The position numbers and the translations under genes were made by a program. A stretch of 64,000 nucleotides of DNA, taken from assembly GCF_006345805.1 (NCBI RefSeq), contig NC_043014.1, positions 49,352,001-49,416,000 on the forward strand, given 5' to 3'. Below the pieces are notes generated by a model. It was not told the origin of the DNA and did no database searches. It saw nothing but the letters and a program-made list of their open reading frames with translations. Origin of the DNA: Octopus sinensis (lineage: Eukaryota). Of this stretch, positions 39,416 through 52,568 are shown in pieces; the stretch's first letter is position 1, and each line of letters begins with the position of its first letter.

Positions 39416-41298
39416 TATTTCGTATAATTTGCCACAAGGGCATCACACAGATGGCAGCTTTGCGGGATGGACATGGACATTAATGGTATGAATGATGGTG
39501 ATGCAAAAATGATGATGATGGGAGAAGACGAAAAGCGCCCGCCGACTTTTGCTTCTCTAAAATAATGTTCTCTTTTCCTTTTTCCCCAAAAACACAATGA
39601 GGCAATAAACCTCTTACTTAAATAACACAATGTTCTGAATTCTTTTTTCTTTTTTAAAACACACAAAAAGTCACATGTTTCACATTTTCTAGACTCGTTC
39701 AGCTTATCCGGCCGACCAGTATCCTTGCTTCATTGAAGCATGCACCTGGTTCCAGGCCGGACCACACAGGTATATATTTATAGGAGTCCTCCGGGAAGGA
39801 ATTTATGATCCTGCACAGATCACTATCCCATAGGACCTCTGCAGCCACCTGCGGAGGCCACTCAGGATCCTCCGTGCAGGACAGAAGTCCCTCCCATCGG
39901 CCCCTCCTTTCCATTTTCTTTACTTCGTTTTCTATGGTTCTTCCTTTGTGGAAGAGGACCACAAATTCATCCTCCAACGGCACACCCGATGGAGGAGGAT
40001 TGAGACATGCTGGCAGCGTGTCACAACCCGCCGGCGATGTCCCGTTTTTCTTCTTTCTTTTTTTCTTTTTCCCTTGGACCGTGAGAGGGTGAAGTTCCTG
40101 TGACGCACGCAACAGGTCCTCCTTCTCTCCCGCAGCCCTCGGGTCCTTCGGTGGGCAACCATTGTTGTCCACCTTTCGTTTTCGTTTTTTTGAGGATGTA
40201 GAAACCTCCTCGTCATCCTCCTCCTGCTCTCCCTCCATTAAGAGAGCAGGGAGAGATTCCACTATTAACTGCTCCAGGATCCTATTTTGGTCCTTGGGGC
40301 AGTTTTTCTTAGTGTGGCCGGTCTCCAGGCACAGGTCACACTTGGGGGGGGGGGTGTCCCTCGAGCATCACCAGATACCTAGACCTGGCCATCCTCAAAA
40401 AATCTGGAAAGACTAGACTTTCGGCTGATTGGGTCCATAGGGTCAAAACAGCTTTTGATCCCTCCCAATCAGCCGCAGGCAACACTTTCACATTCAGCAG
40501 CTTGGTACTGCTACTACCCTGACCCCGGCAGATAGAGTCCTCTATCTACTCGGGCTCAACTCCGGGTGGCAAACTGCAGATCCAAGCTTTCAATAATTTC
40601 TTTCCACAGTAGCTTGGAAGAAATATTATTTCCTCGCCCTCGAGGGGATGACTTGCAAAATCGCAAGCTTCTTGGGGGGAGTCAAATAGCAACCAGACCG
40701 TTGCATACTTGACTCCCCGTGAAATAAATTTAATGGCTGGCATGTAATCTGCCAGCTCATTCAAAATTGTGGCCCTCTTCCTTTCAAGCTCTTTTAACCA
40801 TTTTTTGGGAAGTGTCAAGTCCCACACAAGAAATTTTTAAATAAAGTTCAAATATAGTTCAAAAATAGAAAAATGAGGAAAGACACAAAAAAAGAAGGAA
40901 AGAGCCAACAGAAGGGAAGAAATAAAATAAAAATAACAGTTCAAAAAAAAGTTCTTTTTTTTTTTTCTTAAATAAATGAAAGCTTTGAAGAAGAGAGTTC
41001 AAATCCAGGCAAAGAAATAAATTAATTTTCGGCCGAAAAGGTACTCCTGGTCAAATGTACATAGGTTCCTTGGTATACTCTTTTACTCTTTTACTTGTTT
41101 CAGTCATTTGACTGCGGCCATGCTGGAGCACCGCCTTTTTAATCGAGCAACTCGACCCCGGGACTTATTCTTTTGTAAGCCCAGTACTTATTCTATTGGT
41201 CTCTTTTGCCGAACCACTAAGTAACGGGGACATAAACACACCAGCATCGGTTGTCAAGCAATGCTAGGGGAACAAACACAGACACACAAACACACACA

Positions 41299-41348
<50 letters not shown>

Positions 41349-42234
41349 TACGACGTGCTTCTTTCAGTTTCCATCTACCAAATCCACTCACAAGGCTTTG
41401 GTCAGCCCGAGGCTATAGTAGAAGACACTTGCCCAAGGTGCCATGCAGTGGGACTGAACCCAGAACCATGTGGTTGGTAAACAAGCTACTTACCACACAG
41501 CCACTCCTGCTGTGTGAATCATTTTTTCCCATAATTGGTAAAAGAAATCCAATAAATCCAAACACAAAACTGGCCACAGCCAACGGTAACTGTAACAGCA
41601 ACTGTAACAGGTTCTAATCATTCGGGCGAGGATATGCCCCTCCACTGTTTTTTTAAAATGAATCCAAAAAATTCACACTAAATTCACAAAACAGCAGCCG
41701 CCGAGAGCAGGCAGAATTGCCATGGAGCTGGGCGAAATTTACCAACACACAAACAATTACTATTTGACAAATTACACCCAGCTCAACCAAAAACAAATCC
41801 ACCTACCTCTACGATCTTATGCTTATGTTGTTCTTTTTTTCCAGTTCAATATTGGACAGAGCCAACACTTACGTCCACCTTGCAAAAACAGTCCCTCCTG
41901 CCTTGGTAATCCTTGGTAATCCACAGACACGAAGATAATTTTCGCAAAGAAATTAATTTTTGCAGAGGGGCTACGCCTCCTCAAAAACACAATTCTCACT
42001 GCAAAGTGAGTCTCTATAGGTGGCCACAGGCAGGCAAATGTCTGGAGCAGAGTGGAGTCTATTACTCACCAAAAAATATTAAATACAGGGCAACAAACTC
42101 CACTAAGCCCTCAAAAAAATACAACAAACGCCTACCTGTAGGCGAGCCTCAAAGTTCAATATTTCACGACGAAAGACGTGACATCAAACAGCAAGAACTC
42201 TCCGCCAAAAACAAACACGTCTGTCTCCGACAAA
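39416..42234 (-). mobile_element. ORF1-only L1/Tx1-like non-autonomous retroelement with decayed gag-like ORF1 (CCHC zinc knuckle)
   Basis: The ORF remnant 39699-40836 joins across one stop (40546-40548) and a +1 frameshift in an 11-G run (40344-40354). It contains LEGHPPPK-CDLCLETGHTKKNC (40299-40340). Flanked by the 16-bp near-duplicate GGT(A/T)AGCAAGCTACTT (39400-39415, 42235-42250). Contains a later SINE at 41076-41510. Confidence 0.75.
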
Positions 42235-42490
42235 GGTTAGCAAGCTACTTACCACACAGCTACTCCTGCACCTACAAGTCAACTAATCCAGAAACAAGCT
42301 TGTTCTCAGGTGATCTTATATAGATGTGATTTTTCATTATTTTTCCCTTATACCTGTGTGAGTTATTTCTGAGTATGCATTGTCTGGGAGATTTTTCTTA
42401 CAGTAGAAGAAATAGCTAAGCTTTTGGCTGCTGTTTCTAAAAAGTTTGGTGTGTTGTAAAGTAAATTATTTTACTGAACCCTATTTTTAT

Positions 42491-42535
<45 letters not shown>

Positions 42536-43679
42536 TAAATTGTTATTAAGTTAAACAAGTGGAAGAAAATATTCAGTGAATATATTCAAATTAATTAAAA
42601 TTTAATTATATTTTAAAATGTAGGAATACTCTAGACCAGTTTCACATTAGATTTTTCAAAAGTGTGTTATATAAACAACTGTGATGCAAGTTATGTCTAT
42701 TCTGGCCATTGTTATAAAGATTGTTTGTTTTAAAAAGAATGTGGTATAGAATGCTATTTGTAAACAGACAAATTGATTGGTCAATGTTCATGTTTTGAGC
42801 TCATCTGACAGTCATATCAGGAAGTTACATAAATGCTTTTGTCCATTGAATATGTCATACAAAAGTTAGAAAAAAGCAATATGACTATAATAGTTGTTTA
42901 CATAAAAGTGTTATAGATAATTATTGTCCATTATTCTGTTGAAGAGTAACGTTATGAAATAGTATTAGTTTCTTCCTGTTAAACATGTTAAAACATATCC
43001 CTTCTTTGTTAATAAGGTATGGGGTAACTAAGATAATGAGGTGTGGTGTACATAAGATAGATGATAGCTGCTTGTACACCAATTTTGGTTTTCTTAAGAA
43101 TAAACCCAAGTAGACATTCTATAATTAGTTAATTCATGGAAAAGGAGAATTATGTATTAGAGATGTTTTCATTGTCTGTTCAACTGTGGTTTGTATTTTT
43201 TAATAAATGAACTTTCCTTATTTATTCTTGTTTGATCTGGGGAATTGTTTGACCTAGGGTATTGATAGAGTGCAAAAAGACGAAATGTGGGAGATTTTGT
43301 GTTTGCACACAAAAATAAGACAATTAATGATGCCTGCAAAAATCACACTCAGTCTGCATAAATATAACCTTTCTGAAAGGTCTCAAATTAAGACTAATTG
43401 TGGCAGGCCCAGCCTGTGAAACCCACAGACTAACCAACTTCCTTAATATACTATAAAGACCTTTCTCCTCTATAGCCTGTTGGACAGGTAATAAAAATAT
43501 CAGGCAAAACTCTGATGATCAAAGTGGAATGAGACACAAGTCATGAGACAAATTTCCAACTTCAGTTTTAATAAAAATAAACTATATTCTCTACAACATG
43601 CATTGGGCACTTTTTTTTCATTTATCCACTTTAAGCAATGTATGTGTAAACTTACATACATACATACATACATACATAT

Positions 43680-43722
<43 letters not shown>

Positions 43723-44688
43723 TATATATAATTATATATATATTATAATATATAATAATATGAGGAATATTATCCAAAACTTAAATATATATATTAATAT
43801 ATATAAATATTATAATTTATATAATATATTTATAATATATATAATATATTTATATAATATTTATATAATATAATTAATATATAATAGTAATTAATATTAT
43901 ATAATATTCTATTTATATAATAGAATTTATGTAAGTATATCTACATATGTAACTGAAACACTGCCATTCTTTCCTCTTCCCCTCTTATCATGCTATTTTT
44001 AAATAACTTGTGGTTCACACCACTTATTACATGAATTCCTTTCTGAAGAAATAAAATTAAAACTGTAAGAAAGTTAGCAGAAGAGTGTATTGTTTTCTGA
44101 TATGTCTGAGGTATTGCTTTCCCTGAAAACATTATCTGATCTATCTCCAATAACATATCAATTATTCATTATACTAACTAATCTATATTGGCTATTGATT
44201 ATATGAAGTATTGATTATTCGTCACTGGATCAACTTTATACATTTACTCTCTTTTACTCTCTTTTACTTGTTTCAGTCATTTGACTGCAGCCATGCTGGA
44301 GCACCGCCTTTAGTCGAGCAAATCGACACCGGGACTTATTCTTTGTAAGCCCAGTACTTATTCTATCAGTCTGTTTTGCCGAACCGCTAAGTAACGGGGA
44401 CATAAACACACCAGCATCGGTTGTCAAGTGGTGTTGGGGGGACAAACACAGACACACAAACACATACACACACATACATATATATTTATATATACATATA
44501 TACGACAGGCTTCTTTCAGTTTCCGTCTACCAAATCCACTCACAAGGCATTGGTCGGCCCGGGGCTATAGCAGAAGACACTTGCCCAAGATGCCACGCAG
44601 TGGGACTGAACCCGGAACCATGTGGTTGGTTAGCAATTCCAGAACAAGAAATCAAATCTAATTTGACAACAACAAATGTCATACTCAC

Positions 44689-44813
44689 AGCATTTCCTAC
44701 AAAAGCTCTGGTCAAAACTGGAGTTGTTCCTTTGTACAAGGCTTGGATTCCACCTTCCTTCCATAATTGTTTGAAGACATCTTTGATTCTTAGATTCTGG
44801 TTTTCTATGGGTG
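44689..44813 (-). CDS. SLC25A20: Carnitine/acylcarnitine carrier, exon 8 (125 nt)
   Basis: tatcaag|(A)PIENQNLRIKDVFKQLWKEGGIQALYKGTTPVLTRAFVGNA|gtgagt; carries the R275-equivalent. Confidence 0.94.
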
Positions 44814-44974
44814 CTTGATAGAAGAATAGAATTGAACCAATAGATGATTAAATGTGATATTAATATGTATAGTTAATATATAAACTTAATATAATTAATG
44901 CAGTGAATCAATTTAAGCAATTGAAATCACACCCAAATAATGAGAAGAAATAGATATTAATCATCATCATCATC

Positions 44975-45013
<39 letters not shown>

Positions 45014-45207
45014 CACACATATACACATACAGGCAACCACACACAGACACACACAAATACACACATCAATACACAAGACAAAATAGCACAGACACATACA
45101 TTCACACATATGTATACAGTCATACCATCGAGGTCCATCGAGGCCCTAAGCACATAAAAGGTTTTGGTACCCCCACAAAAAAAATTATGTAATTCAAAAT
45201 ATAAACA

Positions 45208-45516
45208 ACTAGCAGTATCGCCCGGCGTTGCTCGGGTTTGTAAGAGAAATAACTATATAAGCATTTTTAGAGAGTTATTTCCCTTATATAAACCGAGCAA
45301 AAATGCATTAAAAATGTGGAAAAATGATGGTAAATTTTTTTTAAATCATAGACTCATTGTAGATGCGCACTAATACCCAGAAGGGCTCGATATGAATCAC
45401 GACTATAAGATACCCGCTTTTGGTTAAACTGCACCGCAAAATGTGGGAGTAGTTAGGAATCTAAATTGGAGTAGACAGACACTCACACACACAACTTCAG
45501 TTTTATATATAAAGAT
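45208..45516 (+). mobile_element. Helentron/Helitron-like non-autonomous element
   Basis: Starts ACTAGC with hairpin CCCGGCGTTGCTCGGG and ends ACAGAC...TTTTATATATAAAGAT. A related start is at ~13156. Confidence 0.55.
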
Positions 45517-45846
45517 AACAAACCATAAAATAAATTTTTATTTTTCAAAACGAAACAAAACACTAAGAGGGAAAATAATGTTTACTTTTGTATACTTCCA
45601 CTTTATTTATATTTGAAAAGTTTCCTCCTACTTTTTTGAGTTGCAAAATCTTTGATCAGATCCTCAAAATTAATCTTAGGTAACACATCTGCATCTATAC
45701 TTAGTAAAGATAAAGGCATCTCAAATATTATCTTAGCAAATTTAAAGTAATTTCTTTTGTGCTGTAGACCATTTACTATTTCTCTAGTGCTCCCTTGATG
45801 CCCTAAGCATGTGCTTATTTTGCTTAATCGTTAATCCAGCACTGAG

Positions 45847-45883
<37 letters not shown>

Positions 45884-45915
45884 CGTATGCACACCTGTGC
45901 AATGTATCAACTTAC

Positions 45916-46025
45916 CTGTTTGTATTCTTGATTTAACCACATCTGCTGGTAATGCCAATGACCAGTTGACCAGTCCAGCCACGCCTCCAGCCAGCAGAGT
46001 ATTCGTGGCACTCAGAGATTCATAT
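45916..46025 (-). CDS. SLC25A20: Carnitine/acylcarnitine carrier, exon 7 (110 nt)
   Basis: tttgcag|YESLSATNTLLAGGVAGLVNWSLALPADVVKSRIQT|gtaagt; carries the third motif PADVVK and the W224-equivalent. Confidence 0.95.
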
Positions 46026-46062
46026 CTGCAAACGAATAAACACACATCAAAACTATTGAAAA

Positions 46063-46099
46063 CTATTGAAAAGTTTGCAAGATGCAACGAAAATTTTAG
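46063..46099 (+). ncRNA. Hammerhead-like motif with U3-A8 core (family also at 23629-23665 and 29840-29876, both -)
   Basis: Consensus of three copies: CUA UUGAAAA G GUUGC-AAGAY-GCAAC GAAAAUUU UAG. Confidence 0.4.
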
Positions 46100-46292
46100 G
46101 AAAATAAAAATAAGAAAAAAGTGGAAATTTTATCAGTGAGTGTGTTCAATTATAAAGCACAAAAAGAAAATGACTCTCCCCAGACACAACATTATATGGA
46201 TGGTTGAACTAAAATAGCAGGTAACTGAACCTGGTGGTGGAGAAAGCTTGCTTCAAAATGTATTGAGCCGTGTAGAAGGCTTAAACTTTATA

Positions 46293-46961
46293 AGGCAGAG
46301 AGTTGGCAGAAACGTGTAATGACACCATCTCGGAAATCTCCAGCACGCATGCGCAGGGTTGGAATCTTCCAGAAGCCCTGCCGGAAGTTCCCTCATGCGC
46401 ATGTGCAGAAAACTAGCAGCAGCGAAATTCTCTTGTATCTCTCTCTTTGACGCTAGCAGCTGAACAATACAGATGTGTCTCCAGCAGCTCTCTCGAGCTG
46501 CTACCTCATGGCACGTCCACACTATGCTTGAATGGGCAGGATTGACTCGCTCCACTAGACTACTGCCGATAAGCTCCTAGGTTGCCGATTTGCCCAGAGG
46601 AAGGAAATGCTTATATTGCGAATCAAAGAATAAGTATATTTATACTGTTGAAGTTAACGGAAAATCTTGACTCGTTCTTCAATTAATATTTAATGTAAAG
46701 GATGCAAACAGCACCCATCCAGTGCAGGAATCTCTCATCCTGTTACAAACGTTAGCACGCTGGGCAAAATGCTTTGTGGTATTTCGTCTGCCACTGCATT
46801 CTGAGTTCAAATTCCACCGAGGTTGACTTTGCTTTCCATCCTTTCGGGGTCGATAAATTAAGTACCTGTTACGCACTGGTGTCGATGTAATCGACTTAAT
46901 CCGTTTGTCTGTCCTTGTTTGTCCCCTCTATGTTTAGCCCCTTGTGGGAAATAAAGAAATA
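46293..46961 (+). mobile_element. SINE family B (~240 bp) with 19-bp TSD, interrupted by a solo LTR
   Basis: TSD AGAAGGCTTAAACTTTATA at 46274-46292 and 46962-46980. Other copies: 4365-4560 +, 4775-4995 +, 12430-12680 -, 13640-14030 -, 37590-37825 -. Confidence 0.88.
46315..46747. mobile_element. Solo LTR (433 bp) nested in a SINE head
   Basis: TGTAA...TTACA ends; 4-bp TSD AACG (46311-46314, 46748-46751). Removing it restores the SINE head GGCAGAAACGTTAGC. Confidence 0.85.
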
Positions 46962-47352
46962 AGAAGGCTTAAACTTTATACTAAAAATTTGAAATAATAT
47001 AGCTATAATTAATTGACTGTAATTATTTTATCTTAATGAATTTATGGAGTAATATTTATTAAGAACATCAAAGACATATACATATGTATATGTCTGTGTG
47101 TCTATGTTTGACCCTACCACCATCGCTTGACAACTGATGTTGGTGTATTTGCATCCCTGGAACAAAGATGCCAAAAGGACAAGTACTAGGCCTACAAACA
47201 AAAAGTTCAGGGGTCAATTTGTTCGATTAAAGGCGGTGCTCCAGCATGGCTGCAATCAAATGACAGAAACAAATACAAGAGTAAAAGAGTAAATCATAAA
47301 CACAATTTTTACTGGCCATTCTTCATATATTTTAACAGTGATTTTTTTTTAC

Positions 47353-47425
47353 CTTTTGTTGTCTTCCGACAAAAGACGTTGCATAAACTCATAAGTCATG
47401 AAATAGAATCCTGATCCATGTATAT
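47353..47425 (-). CDS. SLC25A20: Carnitine/acylcarnitine carrier, exon 6 (73 nt)
   Basis: tttacag|(D)[23 protein letters not shown](R)|gtaaaa; phase 1/2. Confidence 0.94.
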
Positions 47426-47444
47426 CTGTAAACAACAAGAACAG

Positions 47445-47480
<36 letters not shown>

Positions 47481-47894
47481 CATATATATACATATATATG
47501 TATATATATATATGTAACGGGAAGGTATATGAAAATAAACAAAAGACGAAGGCAGGTGGAGTACAAACAAACAAATGTATTAGTATGTATATGTATTAGT
47601 ATGTATATAATATATATGTATGTATATATATATATGTATATATGTATATATGTATGTATATATATATATATATATGTATGTATAAATAATATACATATAT
47701 ATGTATATATATATATACATATATATATGTATATATATGTACATATATGTATATATGTATATGTATATATATATATATGTATATATTATGTACTATATAT
47801 ATGTTATATATATATACAATATATTATACATATATATATATGTATGTATATTATATGTATTATATAATATATTTATATATATATATAATATTAC

Positions 47895-47941
<47 letters not shown>

Positions 47942-47991
47942 TAAATATGATTAAGGGTTAAGCACAAGTTAGCATGACAACGATGGCAATG

Positions 47992-48022
<31 letters not shown>

Positions 48023-49030
48023 CGACCACATTTGCAAGAACAGCAATAGTGGTAATACTGACGAACTAAATTAAGCATGTGTGCACACGTATGATTGCAG
48101 GACACGTATGCATGCGTGCATATGTGCAATGCAGTGTGGAAGACACACGTATTAGCCATTCAATACACACATAGACTGTTAAATTCAATGAGACAATTTA
48201 TTGCTTGGTGTCAAATTTTTCATTGCTGCAACAGTTGAAGAGAAGCTTTTTGTCCCTGGGGGTGGGGGGTGGAGTTGGAATTTCAGTAGGATGTGTGTGT
48301 GTGTGTGGGGGGATGACTAATATATCTGTCACACTGCAATTGTTGCAGTTTCATTGCACATTCTCTGATTACCTGCCTGGCAAGTAATACACACCCACCT
48401 GAAACGTGGGCATGTATTTATGCGTAAATGCATATGTGTATGTGTAAGTGTATGTATGTATGAGAGAGTGTGCATGTGTCTGTGTGTGTGTGTGTGTGTG
48501 CATGTGTGTGTATTCACATGTCAATGTATGCGTATGGGTGTAAGCAAGTGTGCATGTATAAATATTCAGGAAATGCAGGTACAAGACTGCCCTACCTGGC
48601 AAAGCTGCACCAAGAGAGGTGCCACCTCCTATGAACAGAACAGGGTTGCAGAGGCACAAAGAAATGTGAACTATTTGCATTCAATGTAGGCAGCAGAGTT
48701 AATTTTAAGGCCTTGTGGAAAGAAGTAAGGAGGCATTACATGTCCTTCATTGCAGACAACCTCTAAAAGCATGACAGTTGCAGGAACAACAGAACCAAGA
48801 AGAAGGAGAACAACAACAACAGCATCATCATCACAACCACCACCACCACCACCACCAACAACAACAACAAAGAAACAGCATCATCATCACCACCACTACC
48901 AACAACAACAAAAGCATCATCACCACTACCACCACCACCACCACCACCAACAACAACCGCACATACACAACCAATACCACAACCATCTCCTTGACTACCA
49001 CTAATAACATGAATAACAACAACCACAAAC

Positions 49031-49151
49031 CTCTGACAAAAGTTGCTGTGGTGCCCCTGTAGATCCACCTGATGCCCCCTTCCTTGTATAGTTTACGCAG
49101 ACAATCGATGGGTCCCTGATATTTAGCCTTTCCACTGGATTCTTGCTGAAT
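49031..49151 (-). CDS. SLC25A20: Carnitine/acylcarnitine carrier, exon 5 (121 nt)
   Basis: atttcag|IQQESSGKAKYQGPIDCLRKLYKEGGIRWIYRGTTATFVR(D)|gtttgt; phase 0/1. Confidence 0.94.
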
Positions 49152-49555
49152 CTGAAATGGTAAGGAAGTAAAAGGGATTTAGTTAAATACACAATAATTA
49201 ATTAATATATTGATTTCAAAGTTTGGAGGAAGGGGTTAGTTGATCACATTGACCCTTGTACATGACTGGTATTTATTTTATTGACTGACCTAGACAGAAT
49301 TTGAACTCAGAGCTTAAAGACAGACAAAATTTTGCTGAATTTTTCTTGAGAACATTTCTTAGTGGTAAGACCATAGCGGATCTATTTCTAGCATAAGAGT
49401 GTCCACATAGTGGTTTCCCTCTAATATGTATATAATACAATTTTAATGAACTTTCAGTTTTTTTATATGCTAGACCACTGGTGTGAAATCGATGTTAATT
49501 AAATTAGTATCTAATTTCTCACCCTCATTTAAAATTTATATATATATATATATAG

Positions 49556-49968
49556 GCGCAGGAGTTGCTGTGTGGTAAGTAGCTTGCTTACCAACCACAT
49601 GGTTCCGGGTTCAGTCCCACTGTGTGGCATCTTGGGTAAGTGTCTTCTGCTATAGCCCCGGGCCGACCAATACCTTGTGAGTGGATTTGGTAGACGGAAA
49701 CTGAAAGAAGCCTATCGTATATATGTATATATATGTATATATATGTATGTGTGTGTGTGTTTGTATGTCTGTGTTTGTCCCCTTAGCATTGCTTGACAAC
49801 TGATGCTGGTGTGTTTACGTCCCCGTCACTTAGTGGTTCGGCAAAAGAGACCGATAGAATAAGTACTGGGCTTACAAAGTATAAGTCCCGGGGTCGATTT
49901 GCTCGACTAAAGGTGGTGCTCCAGCATGGCCGCAGTCAAATGACTGAAACAAGTAAAAGAGTAAAGAG
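49556..49968 (+). mobile_element. SINE family A (tRNA-headed, ~430 bp), representative full copy
   Basis: Head GGCGCAGGAGTGGCTGTGTGGTAAG...GGTTCAGTCCC (A/B-box-like), central (TA)n/(TG)n, tail (AAAGAGT)n. About 30 copies or fragments, e.g. 7660-8035 +, 8290-8715 -, 17070-17455 -, 21745-22165 -, 26600-26990 -, 31975-32405 +, 35090-35510 -, 41076-41510 -, 44243-44636 -, 50318-50767 -, 51135-51560 -, 53298-53700 -, 56590-56920 -, 61135-61500 +. Confidence 0.9.
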
Positions 49969-50536
49969 TATATATATATATATATATAGTACAAAGTGAG
50001 ATAGGGGTTATGAGTGTAACCCACTATGGGATATCAGTTATCCAATATACTGCTGGTGAAGCACCCAAATGGCAAATACATAAATGCTTATAATTTCAAT
50101 GTAATTAATTCATTTATTGTATTAGATGAGCGAAGGTAAAATATTTTACCTGAAATTCATAATACAAATAAGAAAATGGAGGAAAAGATTCCTTTCAATC
50201 ATCGACTTACAGATAATACCAATTCTAATAAATAATATTAATTGGTAATATCTGTAAGTCGATGATTGGAATGAATCTGTTCCTCCATTTTCTTATTTGT
50301 ATTATATATATATATCTCTTTTACTCTTTTACTTGTTTCAGTCATTTGACTGCGGCCATGCTGGAGCACCGCCTTTAATCGAGCAACTCGACCCCGGGAC
50401 TTATTCTTTTGTAAGCCCAGTACTTATTCTATCGGTCTCTTATGCCGAACCGCTAAGTAACGGGGACATAAACACACCAGCATCGGTTGTCAAGCAATGC
50501 TAGGGGACAAACACAGACACACAAACACACACACGC

Positions 50537-50612
<76 letters not shown>

Positions 50613-51002
50613 TACATATATACGAGGCTTCTTTCAGTTTCCATCTACCAAATCCACTCACAAGGCTTTGGTCGGCCCAAGGCTATAGTAGAAGACACTT
50701 GCCTAAGGTACCACGCAGTGGGACTGAACCCAGAACCATGTGGTTGGTAAGCAAGCTACTTACCACATGTTTGATATATATATATATATCAAACATAGAT
50801 TAAAAACAGAACACAAAGGATATTGCGGTACACATGTTTCAAGCTTTATAAATGATCTGTTCGTACATCACTGTATTTTTGATATAAAAGATGGTTTAAA
50901 GCTCTCTTCAGCCGCAAACATTGTTGGTCCAAAGATTACATCACAATATAAAGAATATAAATAGTACATGTAATATTACCCATTACAATAGGTTTATTTT
51001 AG

Positions 51003-51046
<44 letters not shown>

Positions 51047-51064
51047 ATATATATATATATATAC

Positions 51065-51100
<36 letters not shown>

Positions 51101-51102
51101 TA

Positions 51103-51133
<31 letters not shown>

Positions 51134-51959
51134 CCTTATTACTCTTTACTCTTTTACTTGTTTCAGTCATTTGACTGTGGCCATGCTGGAGCACCGCCTT
51201 TAGTCGATCAGATCGACCCCGGGACTTATTCTTTGTAAGCCCAGTACTTATTCTATTGGTCTCTTTTGCCGAACCGCTAAGTGACGGGGATATAAACACA
51301 CCAGCATCGGTTGTCAAACAATGCTAGGGGGACAAACACAGACACACAAACACACACACGCATATATACATATATATATATATATATACATATATACGAT
51401 GGGCTTCTTTCAGTTTCCGTCTACCAAATCCACTCACAAGGCATTGGTCGGCCCGGGGCTATAGCAGAAGACACTTGCCCAAGATGCCACGCAGTGGGAC
51501 TGAACCCGCAACCATGTGGTTGGTTAGCAAGCTACTTACCACACAGCCACTCCTGCACCTTATTAATCATAAGGTTGAGAAAAGGAGGGGACGATACGAG
51601 GACAGACAAACGAACATTGGGGTCAGGGTATCGAATGAGATGAAACGTATGAATAAACAAACAATTAAAATATATACAATCAAATGAGAATTTACGAAAA
51701 ATGAAGCAGAGGACGCAGTCGACCCCACAGACAGATAGACAGAGACAGGGAGAGAAAGAGAGACATGGTTGTGGGGTTAGGAAGCTTACTTCCCAGTAAC
51801 ATGGTTTTGGGTTCAGTCCCACTGCATGGTACCTTGGGCAAGTGTCTTCTGCTATTATTGTCTTGAACTGATTGAAGCCTTGCGATTGAATTTGCTAGGT
51901 GGAAGTTATTGTGTGTGTATAAGTGCCTTGTGCCTCCTAACAGATATATGTGTATGCGT

Positions 51960-52164
51960 GTGAGAGAGACTATACAGGTAGGTGTGTGTGTGTGTGTGTT
52001 GACTATACAAGTAGGAGTGTGTGTATGTGTGGGAGTGTGTGTGTGTGTGGATATACAGGTGTGTGTGTGGATATACAGGTGTGTGTGTGGATATACAGGT
52101 GTGTGTGTGGGTTGGTGGGTGTGACCATACAGGTGTGTGTGTGTGAGAGAGACTATACAGATAG

Positions 52165-52202
<38 letters not shown>

Positions 52203-52265
52203 CTATACAGATAGGTGTGTGTGTGTGTGAGGAGAGAGAGAGAGAGAGAGAGACTATACAGATAG

Positions 52266-52309
<44 letters not shown>

Positions 52310-52391
52310 CTATACAGATAGGTGTGTGTGTGTGGTGTGTGAGAGAGAGAGAGAGAGAGAGAGACTATACAGATAGGTGTGTGGGTGGTGT

Positions 52392-52422
<31 letters not shown>

Positions 52423-52434
52423 CTATACAGATAG

Positions 52435-52468
<34 letters not shown>

Positions 52469-52480
52469 CTATACAGATAG

Positions 52481-52518
<38 letters not shown>

Positions 52519-52530
52519 CTATACAGATAG

Positions 52531-52568
<38 letters not shown>

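Noticed and set aside
43160-43480. Alternative candidates for carrier exon 9 (acceptors at 43476 and 43333), and read-through of the exon-8 donor (ORF 44527-44739)
   Set aside because: None resembles helix 6; 38457-38519 matches the human terminal exon in length, phase and sequence.
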